DNA of 45,929 bases from a bacterium (lineage in GTDB: Bacteria > UBP6 > JAFGXH01): positions 1-45,929 of the forward strand of contig JAFGXH010000267.1 in assembly GCA_016936735.1 (NCBI GenBank), written 5' to 3'. Of this stretch, positions 35,932-45,624 are shown in pieces. Within the stretch, counting starts at the first letter, position 1; each line of letters starts with the position of its first letter. A model generated the notes under the pieces. The model did not search any database. It was not told the DNA's origin and worked only from the letters and a program-made list of their open reading frames with translations. The translations under genes and the position numbers were made by a program.

Positions 35932-36117
35932 TCTTTTTTTTTATTTTTTGCAATTTTATTTTATGTAATAGATCTTGCTTGTTTTGTAAAAAAATGAATT
36001 TATAGAATTACAAGAAAAAATAGCTAATTTTATCTTTAAATACTATTAATTTCAGTTAAACTTGATTTTTTAAGATTTTTTCAATAGAATAAGTGATAAG
36101 TTATTTTTGAGGTAAAG

Positions 36118-36297
36118 ATGATTGGAAAAATAAAAGAGGTTTTTTTTTGGATTGCAATTATTGCAGTTGCATTTTTGATATATTGGTTTATGAAAAAACT
36201 AATAGCACTAATCTTTTTTGGAATAGCAGTCTTGATTGCCTATTTTCTTGTTAAAAAAGTTTTTAAGAAAAAAGATACTAAAGATGATTCTTATTAA
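36118..36297 (+). CDS. 59-aa two-TM membrane protein not in the ORF track
   Basis: GAGGT RBS; MIGKIKEVFFWIAIIAVAFLIYWFMKKLIALIFFGIAVLIAYFLVKKVFKKKDTKDDSY. Confidence 0.7.
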   Translation: MIGKIKEVFFWIAIIAVAFLIYWFMKKLIALIFFGIAVLIAYFLVKKVFKKKDTKDDSY

Positions 36298-36303
36298 TCA
36301 AAC

Positions 36304-36332
36304 TTGACAAGCATTTAATGCTTTGATACAAT
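36304..36332 (+). promoter_or_regulatory. Sigma70-type promoter with palindromic spacer
   Basis: TTGACA-17 nt-TACAAT with TG extension; AAGCATT-T-AATGCTT at 36309..36323. Confidence 0.65.
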
Positions 36333-36358
36333 AACAAGTATTTTACCTAGGAGGGAGC

Positions 36359-36805
36359 GTGAATCGTAGCATTCTCTTATTACTATCTTTGCTTATATTT
36401 CTCTTTAGTGGATGTGGTCCTATTCAATCAACACTAGAGATTAATCAAGCAACAGTAGAGATTCAGTCAGCATATCGTGTTGGAGCACATAAAACAGCTC
36501 CATACCATTACTACAAGGCTAAAGCATATCTTTATAAAGCAAAAGATGAGCGTGCCTATTCAGATTTTCAAGAGGCAAAAGATTTAGCTGAGAAAGCTAG
36601 AAAACTTGCTGCTGAAGCAAAAGCGATTGCCTCAGAAGATAAATCATATCTATTGGAAGAGGGAGATCTCAAACTTGAAAAGGATGCAACTGCAAATGTA
36701 GATGCATCTGAAAATATTGAGATCAAAAATATTGCAGACCAAAAAAAAGATGCAGCAACTAAAGAGACAAATACAGAGGTAGGAGAGGATGATGATTTGG
36801 ACTAA
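36359..36805 (+). CDS. DUF4398-type lipoprotein
   Basis: FSGC lipobox; GAHKTAPYHYYKAKAYLYKA...AKDLAEKA helical pattern; AGGAGG RBS. Confidence 0.8.
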   Translation: MNRSILLLLSLLIFLFSGCGPIQSTLEINQATVEIQSAYRVGAHKTAPYHYYKAKAYLYKAKDERAYSDFQEAKDLAEKARKLAAEAKAIASEDKSYLLEEGDLKLEKDATANVDASENIEIKNIADQKKDAATKETNTEVGEDDDLD

Positions 36806-38207
36806 AATAAAAAATCATAAAAAAAATACCAAAAATTGGTCTCTTGTTCTAATCTCTATATTTTTCTCTTTTTTTAGTGTTGGTTGTGCAACCTCCACAC
36901 AAATTAGAGAAGAGATTCAGATAATTAATGAGAGAATTGAGAAAGCAAAAAAGCAAAATGCAATGAAACTAAATTGTGGTCCAAAAGATCTTGCTTTAGC
37001 AGAGGCAAATAAAGAGTTTGCAGAGATAGAGCTTTCTCAGGGGGACTGGAGACAAGCTAAATACCATATTTCAAAGGCTAGAAAACATGTTAATGCAGCT
37101 TTGATACTATCAAAACCTTGTGAAATTGTTGATCGAGATGGTGATGGTATATTAGATCAACATGATAAATGTCCTGACGATCCAGAGGATAAAGATGGAT
37201 TTGAGGATGATGATGGTTGTCCTGAAGTGGATAATGACAAAGATGGTATTTGTGATCCTTGGGTTTCTGAATTAGGTGAAGAAAAAACCTATATAGATCA
37301 ATGTAAAGGTGTTGATAAATGTCCAAATAGTCCTGAAAGTTTTAATGGATATCAGGATGAAGATGGCTGTTCTGAACAGGATACTGATGGTGATGGAATT
37401 TATGATGATCAGGATAAATGTCCAAAAGACCCAGAGGATTTTGATGGATTTGAGGATGAAGATGGTTGTCCAGATCCTGATAATGATAAAGATAGTATTC
37501 TTGATGAATTTGATAAATGTCCAATGATATCTGAAGATATTGATAGTTTTCAGGATGAAGATGGTTGTCCAGATCCTGATAATGATGCTGATGGTCTTCT
37601 TGATATGAATGATAAATGTCCAAATGATCCAGAGGATTTTGATGGATTTGAGGATGAAGATGGCTGTTCTGAACCAGATAATGATCAGGATGGGGTTTGT
37701 GATCCTTGGGTTTCTGAACAGAATTTACTGGCAAAATATAAAGATCTTTGTCAAGGAAATGATAAATGTCCTGCTGAACCAGAGACTAAAAATAGTTTTG
37801 AAGATGAGGATGGTTGTCCAGATGAAGAGCCTAAGAAATATACATTGATAGAGGTAAAAGAGGATAAAATTGAGCTTAAACAGAAAGTATTCTTTGCTTT
37901 TGGAAAAGCGAAAATTGATAAAAAATCTTTTGCAATGCTAGATCAAATTGTTGATGCTCTTCTATCAAGAAAAAATGCAAAAGTTATTATTGAAGGGCAT
38001 ACAGATAATAAAGGTAATGCTAAGTTTAATAAAAAACTATCTCAACAACGTGCAGATGCAGTTAAAAACTATCTTGTTAATAAGGGTGTTGATGAAAGTA
38101 GACTTGAATCTGTTGGTTATGGCATGGAAAAACCAATTGCATCAAATAAAACAGAAAAAGGTCGTGAAATGAATCGTAGAGTTGAATTTAATATTAAAAA
38201 GGATTAG
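36789..38207 (+). CDS. OmpA-family lipoprotein with DUF4398-like helix and thrombospondin type-3 Ca-binding repeats
   Basis: SVGC lipobox; DxDxDGxxDxxDKCPxxPEDxDGFEDEDGCP repeats; IEGHTD, LSQQRA, GYG, NRRVEF. Confidence 0.92.
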   Translation: MMIWTKIKNHKKNTKNWSLVLISIFFSFFSVGCATSTQIREEIQIINERIEKAKKQNAMKLNCGPKDLALAEANKEFAEIELSQGDWRQAKYHISKARKHVNAALILSKPCEIVDRDGDGILDQHDKCPDDPEDKDGFEDDDGCPEVDNDKDGICDPWVSELGEEKTYIDQCKGVDKCPNSPESFNGYQDEDGCSEQDTDGDGIYDDQDKCPKDPEDFDGFEDEDGCPDPDNDKDSILDEFDKCPMISEDIDSFQDEDGCPDPDNDADGLLDMNDKCPNDPEDFDGFEDEDGCSEPDNDQDGVCDPWVSEQNLLAKYKDLCQGNDKCPAEPETKNSFEDEDGCPDEEPKKYTLIEVKEDKIELKQKVFFAFGKAKIDKKSFAMLDQIVDALLSRKNAKVIIEGHTDNKGNAKFNKKLSQQRADAVKNYLVNKGVDESRLESVGYGMEKPIASNKTEKGREMNRRVEFNIKKD

Positions 38208-38210
38208 TTC

Positions 38211-39494
38211 ATGCGAATATCTCTTTTTATGATTATGATGCTTATCTCCATATTTATTATGGGGAAAGCATCTCCTAAAATAATCTCATCTGTTCAGCTA
38301 TATCAAAAAAATGCTGAGAGGGCAATTAATGAGCTTGATACAGATGTTGCAAAAACCAACATATTAAAAGCAATCTCAATGATAGAGAGTTATAAATTAA
38401 CAGAACCTGAGTTTGCAAATATCTATATTCTTGCAGCTGTTCTTAATCTAATGGTTGAGGATGGAGTTGAGGCACCTGAATATATAAAAAAGGCTTTGAA
38501 GCTTAATAAAGATGTTCAAATTCCTGAAAATTTTTCAACAGATGAGATTAATGAGATTTTTAATAAAGCAAAAGAGGATTTAGAGTCAGAAACTCAAAAT
38601 ACATTTGTTTTAGATTCTGTTAAATATGAGATAACATTTACTCCTATTGAGAAACATGTAATTGGAAACTCCTATAAGATTAATTTAAAGGTGAATCCAC
38701 TCCCTCCCGCTGGATATGAAGTAAATGTTTTTTATGTTTCTCAAAGTGATGAATATGAGTCATTAAAATTAACAAAATTAAATGATGAATATGTTGGAGA
38801 GATACCTGCATCAACAATTAAAGAGCCTGAATTAAAGCTATATGTAATGCTTATTGATGCAGAACTAAATCCAGTTACTAATTCAGGTTCACCTTTAGAA
38901 CCACATATCATTAAAGTTGTTTCTCAAAATGATATTGTAGTAAAAAAAGATACATCCAATGAAAAAAAAGAGAAAAAACAAAAGGAGAAAGAGAAAAAAT
39001 CTCCATCAATTATCTCTTTACAAATAGAGGCTGGAACTGGGTTGGGAATACCATCTGGAAAAACAGAGATTTTAAAACAAGAGGTATCATCTGGTTTTGC
39101 ATGGTCTCCATTATGGTTTGGTGGAGATCTATCTTTTTTCATAAAAGAAAAATTATCTATTGGTGCATTCACAAGAATTCAAACAATAGAGAAAGATTTT
39201 CTTGCAGGTGCTAGAGTAAAGCTTTATCTTGCAAAAGAGAATGCCTACTCACTTTCAACTTTTCTTGGTGTTGCTTATGGGAATCTTCGTTATCAAGTAT
39301 CAACAACAACAACAAGTACTATTCAAGATAAAGATGTTGTAAAGGCAGGATTTTTAGCATTAAATGTTGGAGGAAGTGCACACTTTATGCTTTCAAACAA
39401 TTTTGGTTTTATTGTTTCCGCAAACAGTTTTATATTAGCTCCAGATTTTGCAATTCATTTTGATTTCTCATCTGGAATATATTTGGAGTTTTAA
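38211..39494 (+). CDS. Secreted protein with helical (TPR-like) N-terminus, Ig-like middle and C-terminal beta-barrel
   Basis: Signal peptide; Lys-rich linker; C-terminal amphipathic strands ending SGIYLEF. Confidence 0.65.
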   Translation: MRISLFMIMMLISIFIMGKASPKIISSVQLYQKNAERAINELDTDVAKTNILKAISMIESYKLTEPEFANIYILAAVLNLMVEDGVEAPEYIKKALKLNKDVQIPENFSTDEINEIFNKAKEDLESETQNTFVLDSVKYEITFTPIEKHVIGNSYKINLKVNPLPPAGYEVNVFYVSQSDEYESLKLTKLNDEYVGEIPASTIKEPELKLYVMLIDAELNPVTNSGSPLEPHIIKVVSQNDIVVKKDTSNEKKEKKQKEKEKKSPSIISLQIEAGTGLGIPSGKTEILKQEVSSGFAWSPLWFGGDLSFFIKEKLSIGAFTRIQTIEKDFLAGARVKLYLAKENAYSLSTFLGVAYGNLRYQVSTTTTSTIQDKDVVKAGFLALNVGGSAHFMLSNNFGFIVSANSFILAPDFAIHFDFSSGIYLEF

Positions 39495-39595
39495 TGGATA
39501 AGAAAACAAAAAAATCGATTACAATTGTTTTATTATTGCTTTTTCTCTATGGTTCTATTACACTTACAATATCTATGATTCAACAGGTTTTTTAG
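39494..39595 (+). CDS. Possible 33-aa single-TM microprotein
   Basis: TAATG stop/start overlap with GGAG upstream; MDKKTKKSITIVLLLLFLYGSITLTISMIQQVF; stop directly before the next gene's GGAG. Confidence 0.3.
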   Translation: MDKKTKKSITIVLLLLFLYGSITLTISMIQQVF

Positions 39596-39605
39596 TGGAG
39601 ATGAT

Positions 39606-40478
39606 ATGAGAGTATTTCTTGTTGTTTGTCTATTTCTTTTATCAATATCTCTTTTTTCAGAAGAGGTAAAAAAAATTAAAGTCTCTGTAATGGATTTGAA
39701 GGCTGAAATTGGTGTAGATGAAAGGGTTGTAAACCTTTTATATGAGGTTATTCTATCTGAATTTCAAAAATATAGTAACTTATCTATTATATCAAAAACC
39801 GATATCACATCAATGATTCAACATGAAGCCCAAAAAGAGATATTAGGTTGTAATGAAGACTCCTGTATGGCAGAGATTGGTGGTGCTTTAGGTGTTGATA
39901 AAATTGTTTTAGGAAATGTTGGACAAATAGGAAACTCATTCATCATTACACTAAAATTAGCAGATGTTAAAAATGCAATGGTTGAAAATAGAGTATCAAA
40001 AACAATTACAATGGATGAAAATAAACTAGTACCACTTGTTAAAATCCTAGCCAATGAGCTTTTTAACTCATTTAAACAGTTTAGAACAGAGCCATTAGAG
40101 GATCTCTCTCTTGATGATAATAAAGGGAAAAAAGAGAGTTCTCCATCAAAAATATTCACTTGGATTACACTTGGAACAAGTGTTGTTCTATTTGGTATTG
40201 GAGGCTACTTTTATCTTGATGCAAATAGTATTCAGGATGATCTTAATAGTGGAAAATATGCTGGAGAGGATATTGAAAAAACAGCACAAGAGGATTATGA
40301 AAGTAGTGTTTTAATGAAGCAGGTTTTTTTATCACTTGGAGCAGTAACACTTATTGGAAGTGGAATTCTTTTCTTTTTTGAAGGAGAGGGATCTAAACCT
40401 GAGTCAAAAAGCAGTTTTAAAATTTCACCAGTAATAACTTCCGATAATTTCTTTGTTTTTACCTCATTCTCTTTTTAA
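39606..40478 (+). CDS. Secreted protein with CsgG/TolB_N-like domain and hydrophobic C-terminal hairpin
   Basis: VSVMDL, LGCNEDSCMAEIGGALGVDKIVLGNVGQIG motif; C-terminal TWITLG...GGYFY and terminal FSF. Confidence 0.7.
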   Translation: MRVFLVVCLFLLSISLFSEEVKKIKVSVMDLKAEIGVDERVVNLLYEVILSEFQKYSNLSIISKTDITSMIQHEAQKEILGCNEDSCMAEIGGALGVDKIVLGNVGQIGNSFIITLKLADVKNAMVENRVSKTITMDENKLVPLVKILANELFNSFKQFRTEPLEDLSLDDNKGKKESSPSKIFTWITLGTSVVLFGIGGYFYLDANSIQDDLNSGKYAGEDIEKTAQEDYESSVLMKQVFLSLGAVTLIGSGILFFFEGEGSKPESKSSFKISPVITSDNFFVFTSFSF

Positions 40479-42043
40479 AACCAAAACTGTCTATTTGATT
40501 CCTCTCGAATCCACTCTGCAACCTCAATAAAACCATTTTGAAAAGCATAATCATATGGTGTCATTCCTTTTATATCTTTGAATTTTAGATTTCCATTTCT
40601 TTTAGATAAAGCAATTAATGCATCTAAATCCCCTTTTTTTGCAGCATATAAAACAGCATTACCATCCCAAATATCTAAAGAATTAATATCTCCACCATTT
40701 AATACCAAAAGGTCTACTATATCCCATTGCTTAAATTGTGATGCAAAATATATTGCTGTTCTTGAAAATAGGTCTCTATCAGAAGCATTTGAGCCATATT
40801 TTATCAATAAATTTACAATATTCCATTTTTTCTCTTGTGCAGCAAACAATAAAGGAGTAATTGTTGGTTTAGAGTCAAACATATGAAGTTTTGCTTTTGA
40901 ATGTATATTTGCACCTCTGTTTACTAAAAGAGATACAACATTTTCAAAGCCATTTTTAGCAGCAAATATTAATGGAGTGATTAATTTATCTTTTGTTTTT
41001 GAGTTAATCTCAGCACCAAAGTTAAGTAATTTTTCAACATTATTATAACAACCTTTTTCACAAGCAAACATTAAACCATTAAAACCTAGATAGTCTGAAT
41101 CATTAATATTAGCACCACAAGTAATTAGAAAATCTAATATTTTTCCATCTTCAATAGAGGAGGCCCAAATTATGGATGTTTTTCCAAGTGTTCCCACTCT
41201 ATTTATATCTTGAGGAGTTTTTTCTAAAATAGCTTTAACTTTTGTTAAATTATTATCCCTAACTGCTTTTATAATATCTGGATCCTGATTTAAATCATAA
41301 TCTTTAAGATAGGCATTTTGAGTATAATCAATAATAAAATTAATTATATCATCTCTTCGTGATAATCCAGCAAATGTTGTAATAGTTCTATTTTGAGCAT
41401 CAAATGCCCTTAAATCTGCACCAGCAGATATTAGGAGTTTTGCAATATCCCAATAATCATTTTCTGCAGCAATTATTAATGCTGTTTTATAGCTTTCTGA
41501 GGTTGTTTTTTCTGTTTCATTAAGTGGAATATTATTAGCAATTAAGTACTCTACAATATGTTTATGTCCCTCCCTAACAGCAAACATGAGAGGCGTAAAA
41601 TGATAATCAACAGTTTTAGCATTAATATCTGCACCATTTTGATGAAGATATTTAAAAATTTCAATATTACCCTTCTCTGCTGCAAACATAAGAGGAGTAA
41701 AACCTAAATCATCTTTTGCATTAACATTTGCCCCATTTTGAATTAAAAAATTAATAACATCTAAATTATCACTAGCAGCAGCCCATATTAAAGGAGTTTT
41801 TCCATAAAAATCTTTTGATTCAATAGGAACATTTGTTGTTATAAGCTCTCTCATTCTTTGTAAATCACCATGTCTAGTTGCTTTTATTAACTCTATTCCA
41901 AACTGTTTAATCTCAAAAAAAGAGTCTATCTCTACCAAAACCTCTTGAAAAAACATAAACTTTTTTTTCACATCCTTTCCATCTCTGTTTTCAGTTAAAA
42001 TAAAATCTGCTTTTACAGAGTCATACTCAATTAAAACTTTCAT
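40475..42043 (-). CDS. Ankyrin-repeat protein (about a dozen repeats)
   Basis: Repeated GxTPLxxAA...LLxxGAxIN motifs; no signal peptide. Confidence 0.93.
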   Translation of the reverse strand: MKVLIEYDSVKADFILTENRDGKDVKKKFMFFQEVLVEIDSFFEIKQFGIELIKATRHGDLQRMRELITTNVPIESKDFYGKTPLIWAAASDNLDVINFLIQNGANVNAKDDLGFTPLMFAAEKGNIEIFKYLHQNGADINAKTVDYHFTPLMFAVREGHKHIVEYLIANNIPLNETEKTTSESYKTALIIAAENDYWDIAKLLISAGADLRAFDAQNRTITTFAGLSRRDDIINFIIDYTQNAYLKDYDLNQDPDIIKAVRDNNLTKVKAILEKTPQDINRVGTLGKTSIIWASSIEDGKILDFLITCGANINDSDYLGFNGLMFACEKGCYNNVEKLLNFGAEINSKTKDKLITPLIFAAKNGFENVVSLLVNRGANIHSKAKLHMFDSKPTITPLLFAAQEKKWNIVNLLIKYGSNASDRDLFSRTAIYFASQFKQWDIVDLLVLNGGDINSLDIWDGNAVLYAAKKGDLDALIALSKRNGNLKFKDIKGMTPYDYAFQNGFIEVAEWIREESNRQFWF

Positions 42044-42272
42044 AAAATCCCCTTTTTAATTCAATAATATAATTTTCTATAGAAAAAATATAACTCTTAT
42101 TTTATATCAAAATTGATATCTCCTTAATATCGGAATGATTTATATATTTTTTAATGAATTTATAAATCAATATAGAGATAATTATGACTAAATATGTTAA
42201 AAATAGCAAATTATTATTGATTTTAAATTTTAAAAAATGATAGAATTGGCCACTTTTTACTTAGGAGTTATA

Positions 42273-43619
42273 ATGAAAAAATTAGTTTTCTTTTTTATTT
42301 TTTTCTCAGTTGTTGCTTTTGGACAAACTTCAAGAGTTGATTCTCTTGGTGGAGCAATCTCTGGAACAGACCCTAACTTTGCAAGAGCATCAATTTATGA
42401 TCCTGCAGATGTTATAATGTTTCCACATCTTTCAAACCAATATAAAGATTTTTTAAATGTAGCATATTTTGGTGGAGATTATTTTAATGGATTTGGAACA
42501 TTTGGTTTCTCTGATGATATTACTATTGGATTTGCAGATTACTCAAGTGTGATAACTGTTGAGGGAATAGATCTTGATGCAGAACATACTTACTCTATTT
42601 TTGGTGCATATGGTATGGGAAATATGAGTTTAGGTCTATTTCTTAACTATTGGGGAGATAGTGCAGAAACAGAGAGTAAAGATAGTTTAGCTGAAACCTC
42701 TGGTAGTACAACAAAATCTGTTCAGGCATTTGATATTGGTCTCTCATTAGGAATGATTCTTGGTGAAAAAACAGGTTTTGATGCATTATTAAAACTCCGT
42801 TTTGGCTCTTATGATGATGAAGTTTATAGCTCAGCAGGAAATCCTAAAACTATTTTAAATAGTGAATCAGATGGAATTCTTCAGTTTGTATTAGGTGGTC
42901 GCTATTTTATGCCTCTTGGTGAAAGAGCCATTTTAACTGCTTGGGGATTTTTTGACTACTCATCTGAGGGATATTTTGATCTTGATTACTCAGCAGAGAA
43001 TGCAAAAGTTCAAACACTAAAACATGAATTCTCTATGATGACTTTTAACATTGGAACATCACTAAAAATAACAAGTCCTAATGGAAAAATGGATGTAACA
43101 CCATATATTGGAATGCAATACAAATCTGATTATGATAAAACAAGCAGCTTAACAGGTACAGATAAAGGAACTTATGAAGAAACAACAGATGGTACTTTAG
43201 TACTTCCTTTTGCAGGAATCTCTCTTGAGTATCGTTTTAAAGAGTGGCTTACATTTTTTAGTGGCTATACTAAATATGTTAATTTTAATACAACAGAAAC
43301 TAAAGAATATGATAAAAATAATGATACTGTTGTTATAAATAGAACAAACACAGAAAAAGCTAGTGATAATCACTCATCATTTGCTTTTGGATTCTCTCTT
43401 CATAATGAGGATATGGCTCTTCAATTTAATATGAATAAAGAGTTTTTTACAAATGGACCAAATTTTATTTCAGGAAATACAACAGGTGGTTTTATGGCAT
43501 CTGTAACATTCCAATATAATTTTGGATATATTCCTGTTAAAAAAGCTCCAGTAGCTCCAGAACAGATTCAAAAAGTTGAAACAAAAAAAGCAGAAACAGA
43601 TGAGTCTGAAATAGAGTAA
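42273..43619 (+). CDS. Outer-membrane beta-barrel with N-terminal plug (FadL/PorV/PopA-like superfamily suspected)
   Basis: AGGAG RBS then MKKLVFF...AFG signal peptide; SRVDSLGG...D..V.MFP plug-like motif; long amphipathic strands. Confidence 0.65.
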   Translation: MKKLVFFFIFFSVVAFGQTSRVDSLGGAISGTDPNFARASIYDPADVIMFPHLSNQYKDFLNVAYFGGDYFNGFGTFGFSDDITIGFADYSSVITVEGIDLDAEHTYSIFGAYGMGNMSLGLFLNYWGDSAETESKDSLAETSGSTTKSVQAFDIGLSLGMILGEKTGFDALLKLRFGSYDDEVYSSAGNPKTILNSESDGILQFVLGGRYFMPLGERAILTAWGFFDYSSEGYFDLDYSAENAKVQTLKHEFSMMTFNIGTSLKITSPNGKMDVTPYIGMQYKSDYDKTSSLTGTDKGTYEETTDGTLVLPFAGISLEYRFKEWLTFFSGYTKYVNFNTTETKEYDKNNDTVVINRTNTEKASDNHSSFAFGFSLHNEDMALQFNMNKEFFTNGPNFISGNTTGGFMASVTFQYNFGYIPVKKAPVAPEQIQKVETKKAETDESEIE

Positions 43620-43771
43620 TCAAATAAAATCCCCCTTAAAAAACATAAATAATAAAAATATTTTACAATCTGGATAAAAATTAACTCTCTTCTAACATTC
43701 TGTTTTTTCAATAAAATATTATAGTTATAATATTTTATTATAATGAAATATAGATTTATTAAAAAAAGGAA

Positions 43772-43800
43772 TTGACAAAGTGCGTTATAATAATTATGAT
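43772..43800 (+). promoter_or_regulatory. Sigma70-type promoter for the acyl-CoA dehydrogenase gene
   Basis: TTGACA-17 nt-TATGAT. Confidence 0.75.
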
Positions 43801-43822
43801 AATGAATGAGAGTTCATTCATT
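43801..43822. promoter_or_regulatory. TetR-family FadR(YsiA)-type operator
   Basis: AATGAATGA-GAGT-TCATTCATT; arms match the Bacillus FadR box TGAATGA-N4-TCATTCA; lies over the expected transcription start. Confidence 0.75.
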
Positions 43823-43836
43823 TTTTAGGAGGATTA

Positions 43837-45621
43837 ATGTCTGGAGCATTTTTATTAGTAAAAAAGGAGCTTCCTCAATTTATTACACCCGAGGAGTTTT
43901 CAAGTGATGTGCAAAATTTTGCAAAGGCTGCAAAAAAATTTTTTGATAATGAAATTATCCCCAGAGCAACAGATATACAAAAAGATGAGTTTAAAGAGAA
44001 GTTAAATCTTGAACTTATGAAAAAAGCGGGTGAACAGGGTTTTTTAATGCTTGAAATTCCTGAAAGATTTGATGGTTTAGGAATGGATGTTACATCAACA
44101 ATGAGAGTTTTAGAGATGATGACAGCAGAGGCATCCTTTGCAACAACAATGATGGCTCATATGGGTATAGGAACACTTCCACTTCTATTTTTTGGAACAG
44201 AGGAGCAGAAAAAAAAGTATATTCCTAAACTTGCAACAGGAGAGTGGATTGCTGCTTATGGTCTTACTGAAACTGGTTATGGCTCAGATGCACTTGGGGC
44301 AAAAACTAAAGCTATTTTAAATGAGACAAAAACACACTACATAATTAATGGTGCAAAACAGTTTATATCTAATGCAGGTTTTGCAGACCTATTTACTGTT
44401 TATGCAAAAATTGATGGGGAACATTTTACCGCTTTTTTAATTGAAAAAGGAACTCCTGGTTTGATTATTGGAAAAGAGGAGAATAAATTGGGAATTCATG
44501 GCTCTTCAACCTGCCCAATTATTTTTGAAAATTGTGAAATTCCTGTTGAAAATCTTCTTGGTAAGGCTGGAGAGGGACATCGTTCTGCTCTTGGTATTTT
44601 AAATTTAGGTCGTTTAAAGCTTGCAACAGCAGCTGTTGGTGGAATAAAAAGAGTTATTCAATTAAGCACAACTTATGCAAATGAAAGAAAACAGTTTGGC
44701 TCTACAATTGGCTCTTTTGGAATGATTAGACATAAAATAGCATCAATGGGTGCAATGGCTTTTGCATCAGAATCCTCAATATATCGAGTTAGTGATGCAA
44801 TTGATAAGGCGATTCATGGTGTTAAAGATAGTGATCCTGATTTTACACAAAAAATAGGTAAGCTTTTAAAAGAGGTAGATGTTGAGACTGCAATTGTTAA
44901 AGTTATGGGTTCTGAATTTGCAGCAATAGCCATTGATGAAGGAGTTCAAATTCATGGTGGATATGGATTTACAGAGGAGTATGAGGTTGCAAGACTTTAT
45001 AGAGATAGTAGAATTAATAGAATTTATGAAGGAACAAACGAAATAAATAGACTTTTAATTCCTGTTCAAATCCTAACTGGTGCAATGAAAGGTAAAATAG
45101 ACCTTCTTGGTGAACTAAATAGAGTTTTAGATGAGATCAAAAAAGATAATGTTGATAAATCATTTGATGAACAACCTCTTTCAAGAGAGTTAAAAGTTGC
45201 AGATTTATCTAAAAAAATGGTTGTATATACTGCTGGTACATTTATTCAAAAATATATGGCTAAATTAGCAGATAAAAATTTCACATTCACTGAGGGTGAA
45301 TATTTTTATGAACCACTTGCAAATATGTTAATAGATCTATTTGCAATGGAGAGTGCAGCTGTAAGAGGTCATAAAATATTATCATCTGGAACGAAAAACA
45401 GATTAACAAAAGAGTATGTTGAACTATTTGTTTTTGAAGCATATACAAGAATTAGAAGTGCTGCGATGAAAATGCTTTCAGATTTATCAAAAGATGAAAA
45501 AACTCTGGAGAAAAATATAAAAGGACTTTGGAGATTAACATTTGATTATCCAATAGATACAGTTGCATTAAAAGAGAAAATTGCAACAGAACTTCTTGAA
45601 CAGCAAAAGTATGTTATTTAA
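43837..45621 (+). CDS. fadE: Long-form acyl-CoA dehydrogenase (Bacillus FadE-like)
   Basis: AYGLTETGYGSDA, NGAKQFISNA, KLGIHGSST, LNLGR, RKQFG, VQIHGGYGF, RINRIYEGTNEINR; 594 aa. Confidence 0.9.
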   Translation: MSGAFLLVKKELPQFITPEEFSSDVQNFAKAAKKFFDNEIIPRATDIQKDEFKEKLNLELMKKAGEQGFLMLEIPERFDGLGMDVTSTMRVLEMMTAEASFATTMMAHMGIGTLPLLFFGTEEQKKKYIPKLATGEWIAAYGLTETGYGSDALGAKTKAILNETKTHYIINGAKQFISNAGFADLFTVYAKIDGEHFTAFLIEKGTPGLIIGKEENKLGIHGSSTCPIIFENCEIPVENLLGKAGEGHRSALGILNLGRLKLATAAVGGIKRVIQLSTTYANERKQFGSTIGSFGMIRHKIASMGAMAFASESSIYRVSDAIDKAIHGVKDSDPDFTQKIGKLLKEVDVETAIVKVMGSEFAAIAIDEGVQIHGGYGFTEEYEVARLYRDSRINRIYEGTNEINRLLIPVQILTGAMKGKIDLLGELNRVLDEIKKDNVDKSFDEQPLSRELKVADLSKKMVVYTAGTFIQKYMAKLADKNFTFTEGEYFYEPLANMLIDLFAMESAAVRGHKILSSGTKNRLTKEYVELFVFEAYTRIRSAAMKMLSDLSKDEKTLEKNIKGLWRLTFDYPIDTVALKEKIATELLEQQKYVI

Positions 45622-45624
45622 CTA

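Noticed and set aside
37130-37825. Regular DNA repeats resembling a CRISPR array, and the overlapping ORF 37342..37734
   Set aside because: They are in-frame TSP3 protein repeats with synonymous variation; no cas genes; the shadow ORFs arise from the repeat
396-38207. TraA/TraB kin-recognition pair (Cys-rich protein plus TSP3-OmpA)
   Set aside because: The Cys-rich proteins are N-terminally lipidated with no C-terminal sorting tag; the OmpA protein lacks an N-terminal barrel and lies about 29 kb away
1015-40886. Short alternative-frame and antisense ORFs in the track (e.g. 5496..5792, 16814..17173, 30510..31034, 39818..40159, 40578..40886)
   Set aside because: Nested in well-supported genes, with no RBS or motifs; expected shadows of biased codon usage
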